From Gekko japonicus (Eukaryota), in NCBI RefSeq assembly GCF_001447785.1, contig NW_015165838.1:160857-224856 (forward strand): DNA of 64,000 nt, given 5' to 3'. Made by a program: the position numbers and the translations under genes. The notes beneath the pieces were generated by a model. That model saw nothing but the letters and a program-made list of their open reading frames with translations, made no database searches and was not told where the DNA came from. This document shows positions 12,560 to 25,468 of the stretch, in pieces. The number at the start of each line of letters is the position of its first letter. Positions within the stretch are counted from its first letter, which is position 1.

Positions 12560-14555
12560 TTTCTCAGTTCTACAATCCATCAGTAAACACTTTGGATCAC
12601 CAAAACATCATCTTTTAGGACTTCCCTGAATGGCTTTCCATCACTACAAATTAAATCTCTATTCAGGCTCCGGTCACACGAGAAGTTTTGGGCCGGGAGA
12701 GGGACGGATCGGGAGCAGAGCAAACGGGTGCAATCCCACCGCAACTGATGGGAAGCGTTGCGCACCCGTCCCCGATCCGGTCCTCCCACCCAAAATGCCG
12801 CGGCAAAAATAAACCACCTACCGAGGTGGTTCTTCTGGCAAGTCCGCATCAAGGCCGGCCGTGGGATCACCGGCGGGTCCTTCCGCCGGCGCATCCCCGG
12901 CTCCTGGCCAAACTGCGCATGCTCAGACATGTGCAGCTTGGCAGCCTTCCCCTCCCGACCGTGGCTTCCTCCCCGGCATCTGATCGTGCCGGGGAGCAAC
13001 GGCGCCGCGGCTCAGGGGATCCATGGGATCCCGCCGTGGCGTCTCTATTTTGGTGCGGCTCTGATTAGCCGCACTTTGCCCGGGTTTTTTTCTGCCGTGT
13101 GGCAGGGACCTCAGTAAACTGAAAAATGGGAAAGCCTCAAGTCCTGACAGTCTTCCTCCTAAATTATTTAAGAAACATCTGGAATGGTGGGCCTCTCCCT
13201 TAGCTACCCTCTTTACTCTCATTGACAAAACCAGACCTCGAATCCTGGACTAAGGCTATAGTAGTTCCAATTTTTTTAAAAGGAGACCCTAAAAATCCTG
13301 GGAATTATTCCCCAATAAACCTTCTATCAATTGTTGACAAACTGTAGGCAAACCACCTGCTGGACAAACTATCCTCTTGGCTTTGTGAGTGAAAAGTTTT
13401 GGGCCTTTAGCAGATTGGGTTCTGCTCTGATAGATCCATGCTTGATCATTGTTTTTCATTTGCCCATTTAGCAGAAAAATATGGAGGTCCTGGGGGGCGA
13501 GAATAGTACTGTAGCTTTTATCAACTTGGAGGACTTTGACTCGATATACAGAAGTTTACTGTGGAGCAAATTGGATAAGGTTCTCAAGGACAAAAGACTA
13601 CTCTTTTTTATTTACAATCTGTATTCTTTAACTAGCTGCCAGGTATGTTACAGTGGGCAGTGTGATTTAACTGGTGAGAACTCCACCAAACAGGTGGTCG
13701 AACAAGGATGTGTATTGGCCCCTTACTTCTTCAATCTCTTTATGAATGACCTAGTGCCAAGCTTGAGGACTATGGATGGCCATTTTCCTACACTTGGCCC
13801 TCACTGTATTCCCTCTTCTGCTCTACATAGGCAATGCCGTGGTGCTATCCCACATCAAATTCGGCCTCAAGTGCCTTTTGACTACATTTGTAGAGTATTG
13901 TGATTCCAACCTACCCCTTGTCAATCTTGAAAAACTGAAAATCATGGTCCTTTTCCAACACTTGGAGATGTACCCCTTGATTTGATCTACATGCTCAGGA
14001 GATATCAAGCCTTTTGCTTTCTGTGCCAGAGGTTAAAGGATAGTGATAGGCAGTCCCCTGTATGCAGTAGCAAATAGAACTTGCTCTCTCGTGGCCTTAC
14101 ATATTGCCCCTGACTACGGGACTTTGGCTGAATTTTTTTCCATCAGAGCTCCTCAAATCCACTGAGTCTTCAAGGTAGCTAGGTTTGACATGTAGCCTAC
14201 TGAAGTTCTCTAAGGCAGATATTCATGGATGCCTCATGCCAAAAGGCTCTACCAATGTCAGGATAAGGTCCCTGAAACCAGATCTCATGTTTTACTCTAC
14301 TACCACTGTCATCTTGAGCAGAGGAATCTTTTAATTAGCCCTCTTTGTAATTTTATCAGTCACCCAGACAAGTTGCTTGTCTCTTACCTTTCATCTGATC
14401 AAAATTCCTTTATTACTGAGATCACAGGAACAAACTAGAAAAAAATCCAGATAACTTATACTATATTAGTTATGCCAACTTCCCAACCCTTTCTAACCTT
14501 ATTCTACTATTTCATGTATGATTGTAAGTAATGCCTAATAAGGGTTCTGACTGAC
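12560..14555 (+). mobile_element. Decayed non-LTR retrotransposon (RTE/RTE-X-like) reverse transcriptase region, interrupted by a MITE
   Basis: Frameshifted RT motifs: LKNGKASSPDSLPP, WTKAIVVPIF..KGDPKNPGNYSPI, QIGF, AFINLEDFDSI, QGCVLAPYFFNLFMNDL and a degenerate LLY(ADD). A degenerate poly(A)-signal-like aataag and ctga repeats mark the 3' end. Confidence 0.8.
12666..13110. mobile_element. CpG-rich PIF/Harbinger-like MITE with 3-bp TSD TCA
   Basis: Imperfect TIRs GGCTCCGGTCACACG / CGTGTGGCAGGGACC with TCA on both sides. The host LINE peptide (SLF-SKLKNGKA) rejoins when the MITE is removed. Confidence 0.7.
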
Positions 14556-14677
14556 AGAAGTTGTCAAAATTATTTGAAAATTTGATTTGGTGAGATAAAG
14601 TAACTCAGATGACAGTTCAAAAGCAAAAAAATATATACAAAACATTTTTGGTTTTGGTTAAACTTTTTCAGGCTCTC

Positions 14678-14944
14678 TGTAAAGTACAGGGTTCACACAT
14701 GGAGACTCATACTACGACATGCTACTAGACGCGTTTATTGTACTTCACAACAAGACAGAGAAAACGGCCCGGGAAGGGCCAACTATATACACTCCACCCG
14801 GGCACACCCACAGTTCCATTGGGGGGTTTGCATTTCCCTCCAAGGTCCTACTGGAGGACTCAGGGATCCTTGGTCCCTATTGTGTTTGGAACCAAGCTAA
14901 GGACTAAGGCCGCAGACCCCTAGTGGTGGTCCGCGGACATAACA
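14678..14944 (-). mobile_element. Solo LTR, 267 bp, 5-bp TSD CTCTC
   Basis: TGT...ACA termini; TSD at 14673-14677 and 14945-14949; TATATA and AATAAA in the correct order on the minus strand. Confidence 0.85.
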
Positions 14945-15004
14945 CTCTCATCTCAAAGAAACATTATTACCAAGAAAGTGATCTCAGATACCTGTATTTC
15001 TTAA

Positions 15005-15240
15005 GAATAGTTTTTTATACCCTGCTTTTCACTACCCTAGGGAGTCTCAGAGCAGCTTACAATCACATTCCTTTTCTCTACCACAACAGACACCTTGTGA
15101 GCTAGGTAAGGCTGAGAAAGTTCTGACAGAACTGTGACTGGCCCAAGGTCACCCAGCAGGCTTCATATGGAAAAGTGGGGAATCAAACCCAGTTCTGCAA
15201 ATTAAAATCCACCACTCTTAACTACTACACCACACTGATT
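15005..15240 (-). mobile_element. tRNA-derived SINE (Squam3/Ther1-like)
   Basis: The minus-strand head has A box TGGTGTAGTAG and B box GGTTTGATTCC; the body matches the copy at 20440. Confidence 0.8.
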
Positions 15241-15411
15241 CTCTCTTAAAGTCTGTCCTACTTTTAAGAACTATAATAAATGCAGAGGTCACCAGAAAGG
15301 AATAAATTAGTTAATGATAGAAAAATCAATGAAAACCTTTACAGCATATAATATCTGATGTAGTTTCAACTAGAAGACTGGTTTGTGGCTAGGGTAAAGC
15401 TGAGGCCTTTT

Positions 15412-15690
15412 ACATAAGATAAGAAGAGCCCTGCTGGATCAGACTAGTGGTCCATCTAGCCCAGCATTCTGTCTCACACAATGGCCAACAATAGGGCATA
15501 GAAGTTGTGATTTTCCCCTGTCTCTGGGATTCAGAGGTTTAGTGCCTTCGAAAGTGGAGGTTCCCCTCAATCACCGTTGCTAGCAGCCATTGATAAACCT
15601 ATCCTCCATGACCCTTCATGAATTTATCTAATCCCCTTTTAAAGCAGTTTATTCTGGTCGTCATCACTACATCCTCTGGCAGCATGTGTG
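15412..15690 (-). mobile_element. CR1 LINE 3' fragment
   Basis: Reverse complement of the CR1 3' end (ctgctggatcagac...tggtccatctagcccagca; catcactacatcctctggcag). Confidence 0.8.
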
Positions 15691-16179
15691 CATGTTCTCA
15701 TGGGATTTTCCTGTCCATGTATGTGGCTGCAGAAATAGATGCAACTCTCAAGCCGTTCCAAAGTCACCTACTTGATAAGACAGATGTCAGGATGGTTTGA
15801 GACTGAGCAAATGCCTTCACCATGCCAATAGCTCAGTGAAAATAGTGAAATATTAAGGGATGACAAAGACAAAACTATTTAATTACTTTTTTGTACCCAT
15901 CTTTGCCCAAAGAGAAACTGTGTGCAACCTAGCAACAAAGTATGAATGGTGAGAGGACAGATCTGTAGCTCAAGACTGATTTTTTTTTTAAAGAAGAGTT
16001 GATTGGACAATATTAGTGACCTTAAATAAGTTCACGTCTTCCTGGCTAGAACTTTTGCTTCTTATTTTTAAAAAATTCTGGTGGTCTGCCAAAACTGGAG
16101 GTGGGCAAGCATTGTCCTCATTTTATTTTCAGAAAAATGGTCTTGCATTCAGGGTCGTCTTTCTTATGGATCAATACAA

Positions 16180-16660
16180 TAATAGTTGCACTGCACGATG
16201 CACTAGTGAGACCTCATCTGTGTACTGTGTCCAGTTCTGTGCATTACACTTTAAGATATAGACAAATTACAGCAGGTTCTGCAAAGAACAGCAAATTGGG
16301 AGTCTGGAAAATAAGTCCTGCAAAGCAAGGTTGGAGGAATGGGATATGATTAGCCTAGAGAACAGAGGAGAGACCAGGGTAATTATTTGCATATATATGA
16401 TGGCCACTTGTACAGAAGGAAAACATTATTTGCTGCTCCAGAGGCCAAAACTAGATCTAATGGGACTGAGTTACAGGAAGGTGATTCAGGTGAAAAACTA
16501 GAAGAATGGTGAAAGCAGTTTGACAATGGACCCAGCTACCACTGAGTGAGGAGGATTCTCTCTTGCTGGGACTTCAAGCAGAAGCTGAACAGCCATCTAT
16601 CCAAAATGGTTCAGCTATGAATTTCCTGCATTGAGCAAAGTGCTGGGCAGCTGTAAGACT
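16180..16660 (+). mobile_element. Old CR1 LINE fragment
   Basis: ALVRPHL..YCVQF motif followed by degenerate CR1 3' sequence. Confidence 0.7.
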
Positions 16661-17544
16661 CCTTTCTTGGATGAACTTGATGCCTAAATTCAAAAGCAAT
16701 AATAGCATAATCCCTTTCAGGGGAGCCTAATTGGCATTCAGAATTTGATGTTACTGTCACAGTTGTGGGGTGACCTTTTTCTGGAAGAAGAGAAGATTAC
16801 ACTTTTTTTTTCCTAACGTATGGGTGAGGTGTCCACAGGTGTCCACAGCTATGCAAGACTATCCTGATTGCCTCCTAAAAATAAAGCACTAAATGCAAGA
16901 CTAAGTGGCTATCAATATAGCCTTAAGTGTCAAAATCATAAGTAGAGAATAATTTTTAATCCAGATAAAGAACACTGCCAAATGAGATTTTTAGAACAAT
17001 TTTCATCAGTAGAGTGTGGTATTATATTTTGTTCAGTCCTTCTGTTACAGGCAGTGAAGCTTTGCATTAAAAAGCATCTTACGTTGTCTCTGTGGATACA
17101 GAAGCAACTGGCTGACCCCAAACATCTGAGGAAGTCCTCTTGAGTAAGTAGCCATAGAAACAAAGCCTGAGGAATCCAGTTCTGCTCTGACAAGTGCTTT
17201 CTGTATTGCTACTGTTTTCTACATAGCATCAATTCAAGAGTGTTCATCCAATACTTGACAAATTTCACCCAATAGGGTCTAACCTCTTTGTTGCTGCTGC
17301 TGCTATCTCTCTTAAGGAATTACTGTTGTACTTTTCAGAGATTTTAGTGTCAATGTCTATTGTTTTGTTCACCTGATCATGTTTGCTGAAATCCATTTGA
17401 AATGCCATTGCCATTAATAAATTAATATCACGTTGGGGAGGGGTTAGATCACACTGTTACCAGATCACATTCTTCAACTGTGAACTCTCAGATAATGATA
17501 GATGCAACACACCACAAGCAGATCTAGAATATTTGTTACAGTTT

Positions 17545-17900
17545 AAGAAGAGCCATGCTGGATCAGACCAATTATCCATCTAGTCCAGCATCCTGTTTCT
17601 CATAGTTGCCACCATGACATCAATGTATATGTGAAGTTAGGGTTTCCCCCAAAATGTGTTATCAATCTACACTGACTTAAATTGAACTTTATTGCCATGT
17701 TGCCCTTGCATCCAGTTTGGATAGACCCTCTTGGAGATCGTCACAATCCACTTTGGTTTTCAGCACCTGGAATAATCTGGCATCACCTGCAAACTTGATC
17801 ACTTCACTGCTCACATCTGATTGCAGGTAGTATAGGAACAAGTTAAATAGCACTGGTATTGACGGAGATCCTATTCTGGCTCTGTCACCAGATTGCAACA
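17545..17900 (-). mobile_element. CR1 fragments (3' end plus RT piece)
   Basis: PVLFNLF...KFAGDARLF...LQEGLSKL resembles the CR1 RT KFADDTKL region; a CR1 terminal hairpin lies at about 17550-17595. Confidence 0.75.
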
Positions 17901-18200
17901 TTCTAGCACAGAATAACCCATTGATTTGGTTCTCTCCACCTGCATAGGTTTTTCCTTTTCCATCATCTTATATCACACTATATCCTACAATGTTAGCCCC
18001 TCTATAAACAGGATAGAGAATGGTTCTCTAGAGCTGATTTAGTGGACAAACATGTAAGAATATAGGAAGAGCCTGTAGGATCAGACCAAGTGTACATCTA
18101 GTACAGCTTCCTACTTCTCACAGTGACTGGAAATCCTAGAAGCAGCTGTACAATGCTAGAAATCTAAAGTGCCCCCAGCAAAAGAATGTTGAATGCGTTA

Positions 18201-18488
18201 TGTTATGTATGGAACAAAAGGTATGAATGTATTGAGCTTGAGTCTAAGCAAGGTATTGTAAACCGACCGATCAGAACAAGGGAAGTTCTGGAGGGAAACA
18301 AAGTGATTGATCTTTATGTACAGTTTCTGATTGGATCTTATCTGACATGTGGGCATGGCTTGCCAAGCTCGGACTGTTTAAAAAGGAGACGGTTGCTCCA
18401 TTGTTTGTCTTCTTCTTGATCTATTCTTCACATCGTTAATAAAGCTGTTATCACTGTTCACCTGCTGCCTCGAGTCTCGTACTTAACA
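18201..18488 (+). mobile_element. Solo LTR, 288 bp, 5-bp TSD CGTTA
   Basis: TGTTA...TAACA termini; TSD at 18196-18200 and 18489-18493; AATAAA near 18438. Confidence 0.88.
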
Positions 18489-20439
18489 CGTTAATTCTAT
18501 TTGTGTAAAAAGATAATACACAACAGGTATGGAACTCCCAGTTAAACAAACACCTGGCAAGACACAGTCCTTAGCTAGTGAGCGGCAACTGGTAAAAAAT
18601 TGTGCAGACCTGCTGGATTTGTTGCTGGAATAGAATGCTGCTCTTCTACTTCAGTGAAAACAAAATTAATAACAGTAATTACATGACGGACCAGTAAATT
18701 TACTGATCTGCCTTTCAGGACATTTCGTTTTCCGAAGATGACCTGAGCTACTTCTTGGTCAAAATTCAGCTGGTAGCTCTCATAAAGAAGGAGCTCAAAA
18801 TCAGCCAAAACTAAAACAAAATAAGGGTATCCCAGAGAAATTCGAATTAATACTGCTTCTAAAAAAAATGAAGCATGGCCAATGTGCCAGATAGCAAAGG
18901 GCAGCTATCTGATTTTGCTGCTCTCTTCCCTGACTCAAATTTGATTTTTGTATTATTTATTGCATTTCAAATATTTTAACATTTTTGTTCTTAGTTATAT
19001 TTTGTATGTTACCTACAAATAGGGGAAAGTACACAGAAAATGTCTCACCTTATTCATTGAAACAGTTTTATGTACTTAGTAGTTTTATTGTTCTCTCTTT
19101 TAGCACCTCATTTCCTTAGCAGCAGTTCCTTTTACTACCATTTGCTCTTTTTCATGAGAAGAAATCTTATGTTGACTAATAAAAAGGTGCTGAAAGTTTG
19201 GATGCCTGGCAAATATATGGGGGGGCTGAATTCCTCTTGTTAATTTTTTGTAAAGACTTTATGACTCTCTTTCCCCTTGGTTGCCTTGGGCATACTGGAA
19301 GCTGTATAGTAGCGTTCAATTAACCCAGCTTAATATTCTACTGCCTACTTCCATCTGTAAAAAGGAAATACCAATACTTCACAAGATAGAAATCGAAATA
19401 ATAATAATGGGGCACATGCACAGCTCCTATCAAAACGTGACACAGCTGAAAATTAATTTTATAAGGCAGGTAAAAACATAAACACAGGGGATTCTGGGAA
19501 GTTGGTTTTCTGATTCACATGGTGAGGAAAAGGCATCATCACGCTGACTGTATCTAGAAAGCAACACTCTCTGTGCGAGAAAGCCAGGCAAAAGCATGAG
19601 CAAGAGTATCCAAGTCTTAAAAATAACAAGCAGCACCATCCAGTGGCTAAATATGAAATGCGCTCTTGATTTTTCAGCCCCAATTACAGTTTCCACCAAA
19701 TTATAGATGGGAAAATAACATTAGGGGGGGGAAGGATGGGATGGTTAAAAGAATTAGCGAAATATCCAAAGGCAATCATTTAAAAAAATTAAAACCTAGA
19801 GGGGTAAATAGGAGATGCAATAAAACAGCTATACTAACTGGATTGCACTCTGAAGATGAAAGATCGTGGAGGGAGAAACTCCTTATTTTCTTGAGGGGAA
19901 AACATCATTCATTTATATGACTGAAAGGGAATTATCTACTTCAGCTGTCTCTCCCACTGCTACTCCTGAAGCTGAATTAATGTGCACCCAACTACCTTGG
20001 AGAGATCCGGAACCAGCCCTTGCACTTTTCCATCTCCAACCTAGAAGTACTTGTCATCGCAGGGCCAAGTGCCAAGGATGCCAGTATTGCTGCATTCTTG
20101 GAGCCTTCGATCCTGCTCTACCCACTGTTTCTGGGATACTTTTTGGCAAAATCAGACCAGGGGCTCATTAGAACCCGAGGGTATAGACTGTAGACCATCC
20201 TTGCAGGTGTGTATAAGTCAGGTGTGCATGTAGGCATGTATAAGCCAGTCCTGAACAGACAATTGCTAGCAGGGCAGCTCACTTTCACACCACTTCTTAA
20301 AAGCCCAGCTGAGCCTTGGCACATTCTCCCATTGGGCCTTCCTGTACTGATCTGCCTCAATGACAGAAGGTGGGTTTCCAATGACAAGAGGTCTGTCAGA
20401 ACACCCAATTGATTATTATGGGCTATGAGCAGAAAATAG

Positions 20440-20717
20440 GAGGAGGAGATTGGATTTATACCCCACCCTTCACTACCCAAAGGAGTCTTAGAGCGGCTTA
20501 CAAACTCCTTTCCCTTCCCCTCCCCACAACAGACACCCTGTGAGGTAGGTGGGGCTGAGAGAGCTCTGACAGAAACTGCTCTTTTTCAAGAACAGCTGTG
20601 TCAAAACTATGGCTTGCCCAAGGTCATCCAGCAGGTGCTAGTGGAGGAGTGGGGAATCAAACCCGGTTCTCCGAGATTAGAGTCCGTGTACTTAACCACT
20701 ACACCAAACTGGCTCTC
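20440..20717 (-). mobile_element. tRNA-derived SINE (Squam3/Ther1-like), full length
   Basis: Head GAGAGCCAGTTTGGTGTAGTGGTTAAG..., B box GGTTTGATTCC and a (CCT)n tail. Confidence 0.88.
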
Positions 20718-22196
20718 AGGAACAAATGGTTTCCAAACACTGATGCTCTTCTTATGTGTTCATCACAAACATTCAATGTTGTCTTTCCAGTTCTAAAAGG
20801 TAAGGACCAAAACAGCTTCCAATGTTTTTTATAAACAGCCAAAGCTACTTTCAGTAACCCATTTAGTTTCTATAGCTTGTGTGCACCAAACTGTATGGAC
20901 ACTCATATACTGTCTAACCAGCAGTTCCTGCTCTAGACTTACAGGATAGCTCGCTCACTCTCTCCACCCTAAGAGTTCACAAAACCATATATCTAGGTCA
21001 GCTATCAAGTTCAATCTGGCTGAGCCAATTCACTTAAGTATAATTTAGCAGAGTTCCTCATGCTTTGTTTCCCCACTTGCTGGTTTGGCCTTGCTCATCT
21101 TGCTTCCTTTGGACATGCCCTGGGTCTAGATATCTCCTTGCTATAGTAGTACCCTAGTGTGCCAACAGATGCATCATTTGCATCATAAAATATGCATTAT
21201 GCCATCACTACAGAGATTATATGTTGGTGTAACCCCAGGAACTAATTGGTTTAGCCCAGTAGGTGTGGAGTCTATGAATGGAAGCTAGCAGCTCAGCAAA
21301 AAGTATGTCTGCTGGGGAGCTAAATGTAATTCTGGGCTCTTATGACCATGTATAAGGTAACTTAAATGTTATATAGATGAAATATTAATTGGAAGAGCAG
21401 GTAAATTTACTGAGAGTGTTTTTAATGGGATCATGTTATTACTGTAGAGCTGTAGTTTTCAGGCTTAGTTTCTGTGCTATTTATTTTGTTCCTTTAAGCA
21501 AGAGGACTGTGCCAGGAGACTCCGGTACTTGGTGGACCGGAAAAGTTGTATCAAGCAATCACCAGTGGCTTAACTAAATTCAAAGACATTATATACTGCA
21601 AGTTTCTATTCTCTGTTGCACCTTTTTTGTTTAGTTATACACATTTTGTTGGAGAGTTTTGATTTGAAATTTATTAACTTGCAGTATCTTACAAGTTCTG
21701 TTCCTATTTTAACCCAATAGAACTCACACAGGCAGAGGTTATATTAGCACCATGATACTAGAACCAGAGAGTTGCAAAATAAAAACCCAGTCTGGTGACT
21801 TTCTACACCAACAAATAAAGACTTAGGATGAAGTGTACCGACAACTACCCATACAACACTGATGGTTCTAAAATTAATGCTTACTTTTGTTTAGCCCAGC
21901 TCAATACTCAATCAATTTTGGTTTTCCTAGCAATTTTTAAGTCAAATGTACATTTGTTTGTTGAAAATTTGTTGTGGAATTGAGACCTTCTCAGTTGGTT
22001 TTCAATTCCATTAAATTTTGGGATTTAAAAATAGAATGAAAAGCAATCATATGCTGAGAACACAGTAAATTTACTTAGCAGCAAGAAGCTTGACATTTTA
22101 TTTTCTGCTTAGTATTTTTGAAATATATTAACTGTCAGAAACAATTCTCTTCTTACTTCCATTGAATAAAGAAGAAATGATGAATATCAGGCTTAC

Positions 22197-22350
22197 CTCA
22201 AATATGATCAGCGCATAAACACCTGCTAAAATGACTGATGCAATTGTCACTTGCGTCTCCACATTTGCATGAAGATATCGATATGTCATGGAAAGAGGAA
22301 CAATTTGTGATTCCTGAAGAAAAGCCTGAACACTTATGTAGTTTTCTTCA
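22197..22350 (-). CDS. OCA2: OCA2 exon 9 equivalent: EENYISVQAFLQESQIVPLSMTYRYLHANVETQVTIASVILAGVYALIIFE
   Basis: 154 nt, tttcaacag| and |gtaagc, phase 2/0. The VETQVTIA..ILAGVYALIIFE stretch is characteristic of OCA2. Confidence 0.97.
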
Positions 22351-23847
22351 CTGTTGAAAGAGAGTTGAAAAATTCTGCTTGGTAGGCTCAAATGGCAATA
22401 GCTAGATTGTTCTAATGTTAGAAAGCAATATTATTTGTAAAAATTTTAGGAGCAACAAGTGGGGACCCACAAGGAACTTGTGGAGAGGTGGGAAACCCAT
22501 TCCCCCCTCCCTTTGTTTCCTTCCCTTTCCCTCCTTTCTTTTTCTCCCCCAACTTCCTCTGTCAATCTTCCCTTACTGCTCTCTTTCTCCCTCATCCCTT
22601 CTCTGTTAATCTGACCCCCACCCCTGTCAATCTTCCTCCCTCTCACCTTCTCCCCCACTGCTCTTCACTTTCAGCACCCCCTGCTGCCTCCCCACCACTG
22701 GCTATGCCAGAGCTTGGGATGTTGCCCAGTTTGGCTGTGCAAGGTCTACTACCCTCTCTGGCCCTGCCTTGACCTCCCCGGGCCTCTGAGAGCCACTGCA
22801 CTGGCCACAGTTCCCCTGGGAGCCACCACACTGGCCACAGGTCCCCTGGAAACTGCCACCATAACCTTGTAATTGTGAGCCATGGTGGTAACAGCAGGGT
22901 CCCCAGGAGGTGCACCAGCACTGTTGGCCTGGTCATCAGGAGGTACAACTGCAGCAAAGATGGAGGAAGGTAACCGGAGGCCAGCAGTGTGTTTTTTTGG
23001 GGGGTATTTAAACCCCCTATGTTCTTTTAAAGCTTTCAGGTTTTTCTGCAAAACTGCGGGGCGGGGGAATCCTCCAAGTTTGCAGAACAATTTGTTTTCT
23101 GTCAATGTGGGCCCAATCCATGGATTCAGGTATCCAGATGGGCCCACACTGGAATATTAGAATATAAGATTAAAAATATAAAACTATTATTACCATTTTT
23201 AAAAGTTAGGCAATGCCATTTAGAATTTTCTAAAACATTAAGAATTAGAATTAGGTATTTTTACAAAGTATTTTACCAAGGAACACAGACGTCTTGCAAA
23301 TACTTGATACAAGTATAGGCCTGCAGTACTCACGTGGGGAAGGGATTCCCTCCCACCCTCCCACCACCTTCCTTGCAGGCTCACACCCTACACAACTCCT
23401 GGGTCTGCATCTCCACTACCAGTGGGCCCTGCATGACTCCCAGGCTGTGCTGCCGCCACCACTGCACTCAGCACAGCTCAAAGTGCTGCAAATATATCTG
23501 GTGAATTTTGAATGTTGCTGCTTTGGAAATAAAAAGACACTGTCAGTGTTGATGCTGCCCCATTCATGCATTTGACCCAGGACAACTGTCCTGCCCTTTT
23601 AAAAGGGAGAAGATACAGTAAATGTAAAAAAACCCAACAGTTTAACATTTCCACTCGGGCACCTCCTTTTCTTATCTCATATTAAAGTATTGTAATTTAA
23701 CAACATATCCTTCATATGGCAGAAAAGAATAAGGCAGAATTCTTCACACACAATCTTTCTCCTGACTGTAAGGATAGTGGAACACAGGCTCCACAAAGTC
23801 TTTAGCAAGCACACACTCCCCTGCTGTTTAAGCAAACTCCTAGACGG

Positions 23848-24136
23848 AGACCAATTCCCCACAAGCAACTGCGCTGCCCTCACTCTTCCGTTTTCCCCAG
23901 TTGCATTGGTCAATTTCACACTATTCACTGCGCTGCTGCATTTTGACCCGCATCTCCCCCCCAATTTCCCCCACGTCTTCTCAATCTCAAAAAACAAGGA
24001 TCGAGAAGACGCGGGTAAAATTGGGGGGAGATGCAGGTCAAAATGCAGCCATGCAGCAAATAGTGTGAAATTGACCAATGCAACCTGGGCTAATGGAAGA
24101 GCAAGGGTGGCACAGCTGCTTGTGGGGAATCAGTCT
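23848..24136. mobile_element. Long palindromic MITE, ~290 bp
   Basis: Arms of about 138 bp are reverse-complementary around a ~12-nt loop near 23987-23999. The ORF track shows mirror-image peptides on the two strands. Confidence 0.85.
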
Positions 24137-24408
24137 TACTGTGCAACCCTGGGCAGAATTCCTCCTTTCTAAATGCAATGATTTCTGTGGGCTTAGACTG
24201 GAGTAACTCTGCACAGGATTACACTGTAGAACTCTCTGAACAACTACTTGGATACATTGCCCTGCTATAGTCTCTTGTACGCATTAATAAGAACAGAATA
24301 TGAACAGAAATCTAGACATTGACTATGCTCATTATTTTAGCATCTAGCATCTACAAAATGTACTAAAACTAATATTTCTACCAGGTTTTTTATAATTTGT
24401 GAACTAAC

Positions 24409-24491
24409 CTGTTTAACATCTCAAAGGTCCTCGACACAATAATTTGTTCACTTTTTTTAGAATCTAAAGGCAGGGTCCAGTTGTGTAAGAT
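24409..24491 (-). CDS. OCA2: OCA2 exon 8 equivalent: ILHNWTLPLDSKKSEQIIVSRTFEMLN(S)
   Basis: 83 nt, cccccag| and |gttagt, phase 0/2. Conserved HNWT sequon and SRTFE motif. Confidence 0.95.
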
Positions 24492-24730
24492 CTGGGGGGG
24501 AAATTACACATCATCAACCATTTAAAAAGATATGAAAACTTTTGCTTGATTACTCTCCTATCCACTTTACCTGTTACTAATCTGATAGATGAGTATCATT
24601 AACAGACATAAATAGAGATTTTCTTAAAACCATGGCAAAGGCAGCCAGGAATCATATAAAAGATACATTTTCCTTTCTTGATCATGCTAAATGTTCAGTG
24701 TGTCCATGCCTTGGAATACATACTCTGGAG

Positions 24731-24922
24731 CAGGGGTAGCCAAACTGCAGCTCGGGAGCCACATGAGGCTCTTTCACAGTCTAATTTAATGTTAATAAAA
24801 AGCAAATTTGCCTATTTTTCAATTAAAAATGTGTGTGTGATATTTGTTCACGTCTTGCAGCTCTCAAACATCTGACATTTATTCTATGTGGCTGTTACAT
24901 TAAGCAAGTTTGGCCACACCTG
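24731..24922. mobile_element. hAT MITE with 8-bp TSD CTCTGGAG
   Basis: TIRs CAGGGGTAGCCAAACT / AGTTTGGCCACACCTG; perfect TSD at 24723-24730 and 24923-24930. Confidence 0.9.
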
Positions 24923-25167
24923 CTCTGGAGCATTCAGTAAAGCCAGGGAATGGAAGAGCCACAATGCCTTCTTAGATAGCTCCCTGCAATCCTTTAAGAG
25001 AGAGAAATGGTCAACAAGCGGCCATCGCTTGATTGAAGAGCTGTGGGGTAGGGGAAATGAGCAGAAAACTCTTCATCTACCAAAGACCAGCCATGGTTCA
25101 CCATCAGCTGGGAAACCCCTTAGAGGAAGACTCCTCAAAGGCTCAGGAGCCTCTCATGGTCCCCACT

Positions 25168-25468
25168 TAGGGTTGCCAAGTACTTACTGCAATCCGGCGG
25201 GGGACACATGCTCCCCGGCCGGAACATTTCTCCTTGTAACGCACCGTGCCATCGCCAGGAAATGACACTGGGCGACGCTCTGGCAATGGGGCTGAAAACT
25301 CGATGGTACCATCGAGTTTCTGGCCCCATTGCCAGAGCGTCACCCGGCGTCACCCGGCGTCACTTCCTGGCGACGGCATGGTGCAGCACGTCTGTTGTCC
25401 CCGCAGGAATGATCCTGCAAAGACGTCTTCGTCCCCCACCGAATCACGGTAAGTACTTGGGAAGCCTG
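25168..25468. mobile_element. hAT (Blackjack-like) palindromic MITE with 8-bp TSD TCCCCACT
   Basis: Termini TAGGGTTGCCAAGTACTTAC / GTAAGTACTTGGGAAGCCTG; TSD at 25160-25167 and 25469-25476; internal palindrome centred on atggtaccat. Confidence 0.88.

Noticed and set aside
12666-13110. CpG island or internal promoter with several overlapping ORFs
   Set aside because: The CpG-rich block coincides with a MITE bounded by TIRs and a TSD; the ORFs reflect GC richness.
18575-18810. 77-aa minus-strand ORF (ADFELLLYESYQL...) after a ttgttttag acceptor-like site
   Set aside because: No convincing donor and no recognisable homology; exons 9 and 10 already join in frame.
22790-22860. 30-bp direct repeats suggestive of an array
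   Set aside because: Only two or three degenerate units without spacers in eukaryotic intronic DNA; not CRISPR-like.
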